Of a stretch of 64,000 nucleotides of DNA, positions 38,258-48,083 are shown one piece after another. Position 1 is the first letter of the stretch. Every line of letters begins with the position of its first letter. The position numbers and the translations under genes were made by a program. Where the stretch lies: contig CM061254.1 of assembly GCA_022605425.2 (NCBI GenBank), positions 434,001 through 498,000 on the forward strand, written 5' to 3'. The notes below the pieces were generated by a model. That model ran no database searches. It was given only the letters and a program-made list of their open reading frames with translations, and was not told where the DNA came from. The stretch is from Hamiltosporidium tvaerminnensis FI-OER-3-3 (taxonomy: Eukaryota; Fungi; Microsporidia).

Positions 38258-39634
38258 CACACCATCCTTAAGTACCCACTCATCCTCCTCATCATCCCAC
38301 ACAACCTCAATCCTACACCCACACACACAACACAAAGGTGCTCTACCATCACACCGTACCTTAGCAATATTACCAATATAGTTACCTGTATAGTTACTAT
38401 CCATATTACTAGTAATATTACTAGAAATACTACCACCCATACTACCACCCATATTACCAATCACACTACCCATCAAACTACTTAGATGTAACTTACTAAT
38501 ACTTGTACACCACCCTTCTACACCACAATAGTACTCCCTACTCACACACTCTCTATCACTCATAGCCCTATTCTTTCTACTATGCTCTTCTAAATGTAAT
38601 CCAAATATATTTTTATCTTCTTCTTCACTACCAAACCTTAAACCACATATTTTACACTGTAAAGGTTTAAAGAGTATTGATATGTCAGAGTAAAGATTAC
38701 TTTTAATCTTCTTAGTGTCTCTTGTGTTATCTTTATTATTATCTTTAGTATCTCTTATATTATCTTTAGTATCTCTTATATTATCTCTTATATTATCTTT
38801 ATTATCTCTTATATTACCTTTATAATTAATATTTAATTTATCTTTATTATCTCTTGTAGTATCTCTTGTAGTATCTCTTGTATTATCTCTTATATTACTA
38901 TCTCTTATATTACTATCTCTTATATTACTATCTCTTATACTATAATTACCACCACCACTACTACCACTACTACAATACTTACTATAGTTATACTTCCTGT
39001 AGAAGTATTGATACTCATTTCTACTTACTAACCCATAGAAGTATAAAGGTATAGGAACAGGTAATAACACATGTGTATTACTAAGTATTTTAAGTATTTT
39101 AGAAATAAGAGTATCTCTTACAATACCATCTGTGGTAATTGGTATATTAGTATCTGTAGTATTTGGTATGGTATTATCTGTTATATTTATATTATCTTTA
39201 GTATATGTTATATTTATATTATCTTTAGTATCCGTAGTATTTATATTATCTTTAGTATCCGTAGTATTTATATTATTCATACTACTATCTCTTATACTAT
39301 CTCTACTACTATCTCTATTACCATCTCTTATACTAGTTCTACTACTATCTCTATTACCATCTCTTATACTATCTCTATTACTCTCCTCTTTATTATAAAT
39401 ACTCTCTATCTCATATAATATTTCTTTTTTTTTATTTAATATATCTTTATATTCAGTCTTATGGTTTATTAAATATAAAAGTACTTTTAAAGAGAGAAGA
39501 GTAGGTGTATTAAGAAGGGTATTAATTATTTCTTGGTGGTTGTTTTGTTGGTGGAGTGCTATGTCTATAAGAACTGTTTTTTTTATCTTTTCTGGTATTG
39601 AAGTGTCTGTGATTAGGTTTGTATATTCATCCAT
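38204..39634 (-). CDS. PCF11: mRNA 3'-end processing factor Pcf11
   Basis: QCKICGLRF...HLEEH zinc finger, SREYY....W (Clp1-binding SRxWY-like), and CCVCGCRIEVVWDDEEDEWVLKD...HREC second zinc finger. Degenerate CID-like N-terminus. CCC motif upstream. Confidence 0.9.
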   Translation of the reverse strand: MDEYTNLITDTSIPEKIKKTVLIDIALHQQNNHQEIINTLLNTPTLLSLKVLLYLINHKTEYKDILNKKKEILYEIESIYNKEESNRDSIRDGNRDSSRTSIRDGNRDSSRDSIRDSSMNNINTTDTKDNINTTDTKDNINITYTKDNINITDNTIPNTTDTNIPITTDGIVRDTLISKILKILSNTHVLLPVPIPLYFYGLVSRNEYQYFYRKYNYSKYCSSGSSGGGNYSIRDSNIRDSNIRDSNIRDNTRDTTRDTTRDNKDKLNINYKGNIRDNKDNIRDNIRDTKDNIRDTKDNNKDNTRDTKKIKSNLYSDISILFKPLQCKICGLRFGSEEEDKNIFGLHLEEHSRKNRAMSDRECVSREYYCGVEGWCTSISKLHLSSLMGSVIGNMGGSMGGSISSNITSNMDSNYTGNYIGNIAKVRCDGRAPLCCVCGCRIEVVWDDEEDEWVLKDGVGVVKEGEYNYCHRECVM

Positions 39635-39770
39635 GGTAGTGTAGGGGTATATGGTGGAGGTATGTGGTGGAGGTATATGGTGGAGGTAGTAGGTATGGTA
39701 GTAGGTAGTGGGTATGGTAGTAGTGTTAGTGATAAGGATATATTAGAGGGTGTTAAGATAGTACTAAAGT

Positions 39771-40880
39771 TATAAGGGTGTTAGTAACAGTATAGATTAT
39801 TATAAGGGTGTTAGTAACTGTATAGATTATTATAAAGGTGTTAGTAACAGTATAGATTATTATAAAGGTGTTAGTAACTGTATAGATTATTATAAAGGTG
39901 TTAGTAACAGTATAGATTATTATAAGGGTGTTAATGACAGTATAGATTATTATAAGGGTGTTAGTAACAATATCATTATTATAAGGGTGTTAGTAACTGT
40001 ATAGATTATTATAAAGGTGTTTGTAACCGTATAGATTATTATAAGGGTGTTAGTAACTGTATAGATTATTATAAAGGTGTTAGTAACTGTATAGATTATT
40101 ATAAAGGTGTTTGTAACCGTATAGATTATTATAAGGGTGTTAGTAACTGTATAGATTATTATAAAGGTGTTAGTAACAGTATAGATTATTATAAGGGTGT
40201 TAGTAACTGTATAGATTATTATAAAGGTGTTAGTAACAGTATAGATTATTATAAGGGTGTTAGTAACAGTATAGATTATTATAAAGGTGTTAGTAACAGT
40301 ATAGATTATTATAAGGGTGTTAGTAACAGTATAGATAGTTATCAGGGTGTTGGTAACTGTATAGATTATTATAAGGGTGTTAGTAACCGTATACATTATT
40401 ATAAGGGTGTTAGTAACCGTATACATTATTATAAGGGTGTTAGTAACAGTATAGATGATTATAAGGGTGTTAGTAACAGTATAGATTATTATAAAGGTGT
40501 TAGTAACAATATAGATGGTTATCAGGGTGTTAGTAACAGTATAGATTATTATAAGGGTGTTAATGACAGTATAGATTATTATAAGGGTGTTAATGACAGT
40601 ATAGATTATTATAAGGGTGTTAGTGACAGTATAGATTATTATAAGGGTGTTAGTGACAATATTAAGGTTATAAGGGTGTTAATGACAATATTAATGGTTA
40701 TAAGGGTGTTAGTAACAGTATAGATTATTATAAGGGTGTTAGTAACAATATCATTATTATAAAGGTGTTAGTAACAGTATAGATTATTATAAGGGTGTTA
40801 GTGACAGTACTTATAGTAGGGTGTTAATAATAGTACTAATAGTAGGGTGTTAGTAACAATATGATTATTATAAGGGTGTA
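39771..40880. repeat. 30-bp minisatellite (TATAAGGGTGTTAGTAACAGTATAGATTAT)n, roughly 35 copies
   Basis: Directly visible tandem array with single-base variants, degenerating at both ends. Confidence 0.97.
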
Positions 40881-41224
40881 ACTAAACTATGTAATAAATA
40901 ACATAGTGTTATTATAAGACTTATAATATTTAAAAAAGATTTATAAAAAATAAAAAGAATATTTATATAACCTGTGTTAGATAAGTAATAAGAATAATGT
41001 TGCTAATGCCCCTATTACTAACATATTATCCCTTTATTCCTTATTACTTTTCCTTATTCTTAATTCTTATAAGTTTTATCCCTTTATTACTAACATATTA
41101 TCTCTTTATTCATAATTAATAACACCCTATTACTATTATTCCTCCTCTTTTACCTAACACATATTACTATACCCTATATCTATTCCTACCCCCTAACACA
41201 TATTAATATACCCTTATACCCTTC

Positions 41225-41527
41225 TTACTCCTCCTCTTTATTCTTCCATATGTTGTATTGTTGGTCACCAATAAGAAAATACAAATTATCATCACTTAAT
41301 TTAAATCTAAAAGTTTCATCATTAACCAATTCTAATATAATAAGACATTGTGGATATATAAGACATTTACTGTATGGTTCATACATCCAATATTTTAAAT
41401 ATTTAAGATAATTTATAAAGTCTTGGTTGAAAAAGTAACCTGTTTGGTGTAAGTGTTGTAGGTATTGTGGGTTACATAGTGATTGTATGAATTCTAGATC
41501 TTTTTCAAATGTGTGTTTGTCATTCAT
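41225..41527 (-). CDS. MED31: Mediator subunit Med31 (Soh1)
   Basis: FEKDLEFIQSLCNPQYLQHL...YF....FINYLKYLKYW..PY.K.L.YPQCL matches the Soh1/Med31 consensus. Start context attacccacATG. Confidence 0.95.
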   Translation of the reverse strand: MNDKHTFEKDLEFIQSLCNPQYLQHLHQTGYFFNQDFINYLKYLKYWMYEPYSKCLIYPQCLIILELVNDETFRFKLSDDNLYFLIGDQQYNIWKNKEEE

Positions 41528-41582
41528 GTGGGTAATATGTAGGGGGATATTAATATATTGTAGGGATATGTAGGGATATTAA

Positions 41583-41716
41583 TATTAGTATATTAGTATA
41601 TTAGTATATTAGTATATTAGTATATTAGTATATTAGTATATTAGTATATTAGTATATTAGTATATTAGTATATTAGTATATTAGTATATTAGTATATTAG
41701 TATATTAGTATATTAG
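41583..41716. repeat. Perfect 8-bp tandem repeat (TATTAGTA)n, about 16-17 copies, just upstream of MED31
   Basis: Directly visible. Confidence 0.95.
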
Positions 41717-41784
41717 ATAATGGTATTAGTATAATGGTATATTAGATAATGGTATTGGATAATATGTAAGATATAAATTTTAAG

Positions 41785-42513
41785 TTTATTTAAAAGTATC
41801 ACATCTTTTTAAAATATTGGTAAGTGTTATATTTGTTTTTATGACATTAACGCAGTTCTAGGTTTAACATAAATAACTGCTACCCCAACACTCCATCGGT
41901 AACCCCTGCGATACCTACGTCCCAAAGCCTTTCATCTACCAGGTGTATAGAACCTAATTAATAGGCGAGGCAGTTGCCCGGAGTTCGTTAATGTCCGTTG
42001 CATAGAGTGTGATCGAAGGCAGAAGCCCCCCCTGGGCTCCCCCCAAGACTATGCAGCATTCCCACCTACTCTACACTTTCTGAACCCAATAAACTTCTAG
42101 CTAAGATATATTTCAGAGATTTACATGGGGTCCACCTAGACAGTGCAATGTCATACCAACAGGTATAACCTGTTACTTAGCTTTCTTGGCTTTAAATGGG
42201 TTTTATTTTTATATCTCCCAGGCGCTAAGTCTTCTAACCCGAGTGAGCAAGGCTAGGTTTCCATGCTTTTACATGGCAATTACCTACATGTTCAGCTGCG
42301 GTCTGCAATCTGGTTACATAAAAAATTACAAATAAATTCGTAGAAAAGGTTTCTCCATTTCTTAGACCTCTCCTCCTCATAACAACTCCCATGGAACAAC
42401 CGAAGATGTAGTGTGGTTGTATTCCCACCAAAAATTCAAACAATGATCTTCACACCAGTTTCACACACACATTGCCAAGCAGAAAGTTTTTTATGTGGTT
42501 ATCCTCCCTCCAC
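41785..42513 (-). mobile_element. ~730-nt SINE-like element, copy 2 (full length)
   Basis: Homologous end to end with copy 1. 9-bp direct repeat AATTTTAAG (41776-41784 / 42514-42522). Confidence 0.9.
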
Positions 42514-42594
42514 AATTTTAAGATATAAAAAAGATATAAAATATATTATTAGAGATTATAAAATATATTATTAAAGCTAAGAAGAAATACGAAA

Positions 42595-42810
42595 GATATA
42601 GAAATATAGAAATAAATAAATAGAAATAAAACTAAAGAAATATAGAAATAAATAAATAGAAATATAGAAATAAATAAATAGAAATAAAACTAAAGAAATA
42701 TAGAAATAAATAAATAGAAATATAGAAATAAATAAATAGAAATAAATATTTATTTGAAACACGTTTCAATAGAAATAAAACTATAGAAATATAGAAATAT
42801 AGAAATATCT
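42595..42810. repeat. Compound purine-rich tandem repeats (AAATATAG / AAATAAATAAATAG / AAATAAAACTAAAG) upstream of VPS45
   Basis: Directly visible low-complexity array. Confidence 0.85.
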
Positions 42811-42867
42811 CAAACACGTTTCACAAGAAAAATATAATAAAGAAATAAAGAAATAAAAACACAAGAA

Positions 42868-44382
42868 ATGACAATATTAGAGTTTAATGATAAAATAAAT
42901 ACAATTCTGTGTAAGGGACAAGGGTTAAAATCTATTTTGTTTGATTTAGAGTCTTCAAAGATAATAAGTAATATGGTACCTTATTCTGTATTTTTAGAGA
43001 ATAATTTTTTTTTATTTGAGTATATTGGTTCTGATGACAGAAGTGTAGTGAGGGGTGTGTGTTGTGTAGTGGTAATAAGAAATGTGTCTGTAAATTTACT
43101 TTTTAAGGAAATAAAAAAACCGTTATATGATGAATATATAATAATATTTACTAATAAAATTGGAGAAAGAGTATTAGAGGAATTAGCTGATAATGATAGG
43201 TTTGGAGTTGTTAAGGAGGTGTATGAGATATATATGGATGTGTTTTATCAGGATGTGGGGATGTATACGGTTATGCCTGTGAAGTATGGTGGTGATTGTA
43301 TTGAGAGGTGTGTGGATGGAATTTACAGTTTTTTGGTGCATTTAAATGTAAAACCGAGTATACGTGTTATTGAGGGAAGAGAGACAGTAAAAATTATAGG
43401 AGAAACTTTAAAACGAAGGTTTGGAGGTGAGGAGTATAAAAATGGAGGTGAGTTGGTTATTGTTGATAGGGGATGTGATATGATAACTCCTCTGTTGTAC
43501 AATTGGAGGTACCAGGGAATGATATATGAGCATTTGGAATACAAAGATGGATTGGTACAGTTTAAAGACAAATTTATTTCGGTTTTTGACGATTCATTTT
43601 TTATAAAAAACAGATTTCTGGATATAAACAGTGTTGGAGAAAATATAAAACGACAAGTTAAAGAAGTAGAAAAAAATAAAAAAATAAAAAATAATGAAGA
43701 TGTCTGTAATTTAGAAGAAAAGAGTAAAATAGTAGAAATAGCTGAGAACCATTTACTGATATACAATTATTTAGCAAAAGAATGTTTAGAAAATAAAGAA
43801 TTATCTGAATTAGAATTGAATATAATTAAAAATAATAAAATTACTATTAAAGAAATAAGTAATATTTGTAATAATAAATGTGTAAATTTTAGAAAACGAA
43901 TCAAAATTTTACTGATTTATTTGATAAAAAATGATTTTGATTTTCTTAGAAACTCATATCAAGATAATTTGTTTTCATCTAAAGTTGTACAGATGTTTCC
44001 AGAATTTATACAAATTATTAAAAGATTTGGAGAAAAATATATTTATGGAGATTGTAGTGATAAGAATGGTATTATTAAAACTAAAAAATACTTACCAGTA
44101 TTTTTAAATGAATATGATGTTAAATTGGATTATGTACCTGGATTTTATACTTTTTTAGAATCAGTCATTAAAAAAAACTTAAAAGAAAAATATTTTCCAT
44201 ATATTTTAAAATCTACTAAAGAATACAAATATACTATTATTTATTTCAATGGAGGTCTTACTTATGAAGAATATAGAATTTTTAATGAATTTTGTAATAA
44301 AAATACAAAATTAGGAAATAAAATGTTTTTATTGTGTGATAAAATAATAGGATATAACGATATATTTATAAATATTATTTAA
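42868..44382 (+). CDS. VPS45: Sec1/Munc18-family protein Vps45
   Basis: LVIVDRGCDMITPLLYNWRYQGMIYEHL (Vps45 DR..D.ITPLL.QWTYQAM.HE motif), EIKKPLYDEYIIIFTN, VKEVYEIYMD, IIYFNGGLTYEE. Confidence 0.9.
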   Translation: MTILEFNDKINTILCKGQGLKSILFDLESSKIISNMVPYSVFLENNFFLFEYIGSDDRSVVRGVCCVVVIRNVSVNLLFKEIKKPLYDEYIIIFTNKIGERVLEELADNDRFGVVKEVYEIYMDVFYQDVGMYTVMPVKYGGDCIERCVDGIYSFLVHLNVKPSIRVIEGRETVKIIGETLKRRFGGEEYKNGGELVIVDRGCDMITPLLYNWRYQGMIYEHLEYKDGLVQFKDKFISVFDDSFFIKNRFLDINSVGENIKRQVKEVEKNKKIKNNEDVCNLEEKSKIVEIAENHLLIYNYLAKECLENKELSELELNIIKNNKITIKEISNICNNKCVNFRKRIKILLIYLIKNDFDFLRNSYQDNLFSSKVVQMFPEFIQIIKRFGEKYIYGDCSDKNGIIKTKKYLPVFLNEYDVKLDYVPGFYTFLESVIKKNLKEKYFPYILKSTKEYKYTIIYFNGGLTYEEYRIFNEFCNKNTKLGNKMFLLCDKIIGYNDIFINII

Positions 44383-44486
44383 TAGAAATAGGAAATAAAA
44401 TGTTTTTATTGTGTGATAAAATAATAGGATATAACGATATATTTATAAATATAATTTAATAGAAATAAGAAATAAAATGTTTTTAT
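44312..44486. repeat. 77-bp tandem duplication spanning the VPS45 stop codon (2 copies plus partial)
   Basis: TAGGAAATAAAATGTTTTTATTGTGTGATAAAATAATAGGATATAACG... at 44312 and 44389. Confidence 0.92.
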
Positions 44487-44695
44487 CTTTTATCTTTATC
44501 TTTTATTTAGTTTATTTGGTCTTAAATAGATAATTTAATAAAATACTGGATTTACTGAGATTTAAGAACTTTAATTTAATATTCAAACATAATATTTTAT
44601 GAAAAATACGATTTTTATTCGAAAATAAATTTACAGGAAAAATATAATTTAATAATTAAATACAATTTAATAGAAAAAATACATTTATTAGATTA

Positions 44696-45232
44696 CTATA
44701 TCTCATTAAGTAATAATGCATCTTCTTTAGGTATAGAATACTTATTTAATAACTCTAAATTAATACGATTATTTCTATTATTTACTTCTACAACAATCTT
44801 AATAATAATAACTATTGTAATAAGACAGAAGAATACAACAAATCCTAAAATCCAAAATATATACAAACCAGATCTATCCTTACTTTGTTTATCCTTACTA
44901 TCTCTTGTGTCTCTATCTATATCTTTGGTGTCTCTATCTTTGTTTTTATTTTTTATGTCTCTTTCACTTGTCTCATTTTTTTTTCCTTTCTTATTCATCG
45001 GTTCTACTTCATAATAGTGTTTATTTGTTGGTCTTCTATTTACATCTTTATTATTTCTTCTATCATTTTTATAATCTCTAATAGTATTTTCTTCTGAAAT
45101 ATTTGGCGCATTTCTTTTATTCCTACCAATATTTCTATTTATATCTTTATCTATATTTCTATTTCTATAATTGTTAGGTTCTTTACATATTATTGTGGTA
45201 ATAAAGAAGAATAGAATATAATTTATTGTCAT
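44696..45232 (-). CDS. Uncharacterised type I membrane protein (signal peptide, charged low-complexity ectodomain, one TM helix)
   Basis: MTINYILFFFITTIIC signal, then N/R/D/K-rich region, then TM helix LYIFWILGFVVFFCLITIVIII. Confidence 0.8.
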   Translation of the reverse strand: MTINYILFFFITTIICKEPNNYRNRNIDKDINRNIGRNKRNAPNISEENTIRDYKNDRRNNKDVNRRPTNKHYYEVEPMNKKGKKNETSERDIKNKNKDRDTKDIDRDTRDSKDKQSKDRSGLYIFWILGFVVFFCLITIVIIIKIVVEVNNRNNRINLELLNKYSIPKEDALLLNEI

Positions 45233-45956
45233 GTTTGTTTATAAACAAATAAAAATGTATTTTTATTGTTTTTTTTTCTTAAGATCTTGTTTTTTAAGAT
45301 TTAAACAATCAAACAAAAATATTTTGAAAATATATATTAGATTATTATTAGATAAAGACTATAATATTTAGAACTTATAATTAATATATTATTAGATCTT
45401 TAAATGAATATAGTATTTGATAAGAAATACATTATTAGATTTTTTAATGGATATAATATTAATTTTTTAAGGAATATATTATTTGATAAGAAATATAATA
45501 TAGTATTAGATAAGAAATATAATATAGGATCTTATAATGAATATATATTAATTTTTTAAGGAATATATTATTTGATAAGAAATATAATATTAGATCTTTT
45601 AATGAATATAATATTAGATAAGGAATATAATATTAGATAAATAATATATTATTAGAAAAGAAATATTTTATTGAAATTAAATTTAGATTTTAACAATAAA
45701 TTTATATTTTTAGTATAATTTTATTATTTAGATTATTAGAAAAGAAATATTTAATAAATGATAAATTAAAAGACTTGAATAGTAATGAAAAACAGAAATA
45801 AAAAATCTTATAAGTAATCCAAACCTATGAAATGATACAAATCTATGAAAAGATAAACCTAAGAAATAATACAAACCCGCAAAGTAATACAAATCTATCA
45901 AATAATACAAACCTTTGAAATAATACAAATTTATAAAAAGATAAAACTTTAAGACT

Positions 45957-47111
45957 TTAATCTTTATATCTTACAAGTCCCAGTATTATAGCTATAATAG
46001 CAAAAAGCAAAACAAGAGTCCACCATTCAAACTTATCGATTTTCTTTCTATCTATGGCACCATAGAAAGTACAGAAATAAACAAATCCTTCATTATAATC
46101 TACTCCAGTTATAGGTACATCTGTAACTCTTCTTTTAATAATAAACACATTATCTCTAAAAACGTGGATGTATCCATCTCCTGTTCCAACGGAAACGTGT
46201 TTTTTATTGACATTTATACAGGTAATTTTAGATATTTTAAAAATATATTCTTGATTACTTTTATCGATGAAATGAAGAGTAGAATTTATTCCTTTCAAAT
46301 AAAAAACTAAAAGTTTGTTGCGTCGATTGTAAAATATTTCTTTGATTTCATCAGAATATTCTCTTTTAACATTTTGAAATATAAAAGTGTATTTATGGTT
46401 AATTAACAATATTTTGTGTATTTTGTTATATGTTATAAAATATGTGGAAAAGTCTTGTTTTATGATGGAATCGTTGTTTTCTTTTCTAAATTTAATGTAT
46501 TTATTGTTTTTGAATGTTGAATATATGAATTCGTCGGATGTATTTTTTTTAGGGGAATTTGGATGGTTGGTTGGTTTTTTGATGAGATATTTTAGTCTTT
46601 TGAGTGCGGTTGGGTCTGAGGTGGGGTTTGAGAAGCCGTAGACTTGGGTGTCTGTTTGAATGAACATGTAACAATTAAAGAAAACGTGGGTGATTTTAAT
46701 TTTTAACTTGGAAAGTATTTCAAATTTGTTAGTTGAAAATGAAAGTAAATAAAAATAATCTGTGCCGTATGTGGCAATGTATAGCATGTCGTTGGTTTTG
46801 CTGTAAAGTCTTTTTTCAATTTCAGTTTCCTCCAATTCTACTTTTGGCTCAGACTGTTGTATTTTTCTTTCTTCTTCCACAAACGAAATCGTATCTTCTT
46901 GTAACTCGTCACGTATTTCGGTCGGATCGTAGATTTTTAAGTTTATAAGAAGATCAGAAGATTCAAAATATGAAATGTCTTCGTATGTCGTACTGTCAAG
47001 AACAATTATACCGTTACTTTTACCAAAACGTGTGTCTCCACCACCACCACACGCAAAAACTTTTCCTTTGTAGAATTTTAAATTAAAAAGTGGAAATACT
47101 GGTGCCTGCAT
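45957..47111 (-). CDS. SEC12: Sec12/PREB-like WD40 guanine-nucleotide exchange factor with C-terminal TM anchor
   Basis: PVFPLF...VFACGGGGDTRFGKSNGI matches the Sec12 K-loop (GGGG..x.G..N). WD-like repeats (ITCI..., VSVGTGDGYI, PITGV) and a C-terminal TM. Start moved from the track's TTG at 47162 to ATG at 47111, which has a CCC motif upstream. Confidence 0.8.
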   Translation of the reverse strand: MQAPVFPLFNLKFYKGKVFACGGGGDTRFGKSNGIIVLDSTTYEDISYFESSDLLINLKIYDPTEIRDELQEDTISFVEEERKIQQSEPKVELEETEIEKRLYSKTNDMLYIATYGTDYFYLLSFSTNKFEILSKLKIKITHVFFNCYMFIQTDTQVYGFSNPTSDPTALKRLKYLIKKPTNHPNSPKKNTSDEFIYSTFKNNKYIKFRKENNDSIIKQDFSTYFITYNKIHKILLINHKYTFIFQNVKREYSDEIKEIFYNRRNKLLVFYLKGINSTLHFIDKSNQEYIFKISKITCINVNKKHVSVGTGDGYIHVFRDNVFIIKRRVTDVPITGVDYNEGFVYFCTFYGAIDRKKIDKFEWWTLVLLFAIIAIILGLVRYKD

Positions 47112-48083
47112 TGTTTTATTTATGGGTAGAATTTTATTTATAATTGCTTTGTAATGTTTCAATTATGATTCTGTGTTTTAAATATTTTTTTTAAAAAAAT
47201 TCCATGTTTATAATTCTTAGGTTTTTTAAAAAAAGTATTTCCTGTTGGATTTCACTTCTAAGGTAAGAAAGTAAGATTTATAATGTAAGAATTTCTAAAA
47301 CTGGATATTATATATTCTTTAAATACTGTATTTGTTACATTTTATATTATTTAAATACTCTATTATTACATATTGTATTTATATATTAAATAATTTATTT
47401 TGCTATATATTCTATTTGTTACATATTGTATTTATATATCAAATATTTTGTTGTATCTTATATTGTTTAAACAAAAAAATAAATTATTGATGAAAAAAGA
47501 CAGAAAAGATTTAATTATTTTTTTTAAAAAAAAGAAATTTTTTATTTTGGAATAATTTAAAAAAATATCTGTTTTCTAATAATTTATTTAATAAGAAATT
47601 TAAATACTTTTTAATAAATCAATATAAATACACTCAATACTTTTGATAAATAATTTAAAATATTAAAATATTCGATTTGATGTTATAGAAATTTTTAGAT
47701 TGTAATTATATTTTATATGAAAATCTTAAATATTTACATATTTGTTTATAAAAATTATTACTTTGTAATTAAATTGTTTTAAGGATTAAAAAAATTATAT
47801 TTAAATCTGAATTGTTTGAATCTGTAACTTCTTAAATTATGTATCTATGATATCTAAAATCTTAAAATCTTGAAAATTTAAGATGTTATAATTCTAAACT
47901 CTAATAGTTTTTAATTTCTTTTGTATTTGTTAATATTTTACATTTTACATTTTTTTCGATCAAAATTGGTAAATTTGTTATAAAAATGTAGCAAAATTGA
48001 TATTCAAAGGAAACAAAATTGTTTCAAATGTCTATCTAATGTTATTAAAATGTGAATATGTTTCATTTGTTTAGATTTAAGAA

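Noticed and set aside
39950-40426. 158-aa ORF (YTVTNTLIII repeats)
   Set aside because: By-product of the 30-bp minisatellite having no stop in one frame.
39771-40880. CRISPR-like array
   Set aside because: Head-to-tail units with no unique spacers, eukaryotic context, no cas genes.
47112-47162. ORF-track TTG start for the Sec12-like gene
   Set aside because: Eukaryotic gene. ATG at 47111 has the CCC context and starts at the conserved region.
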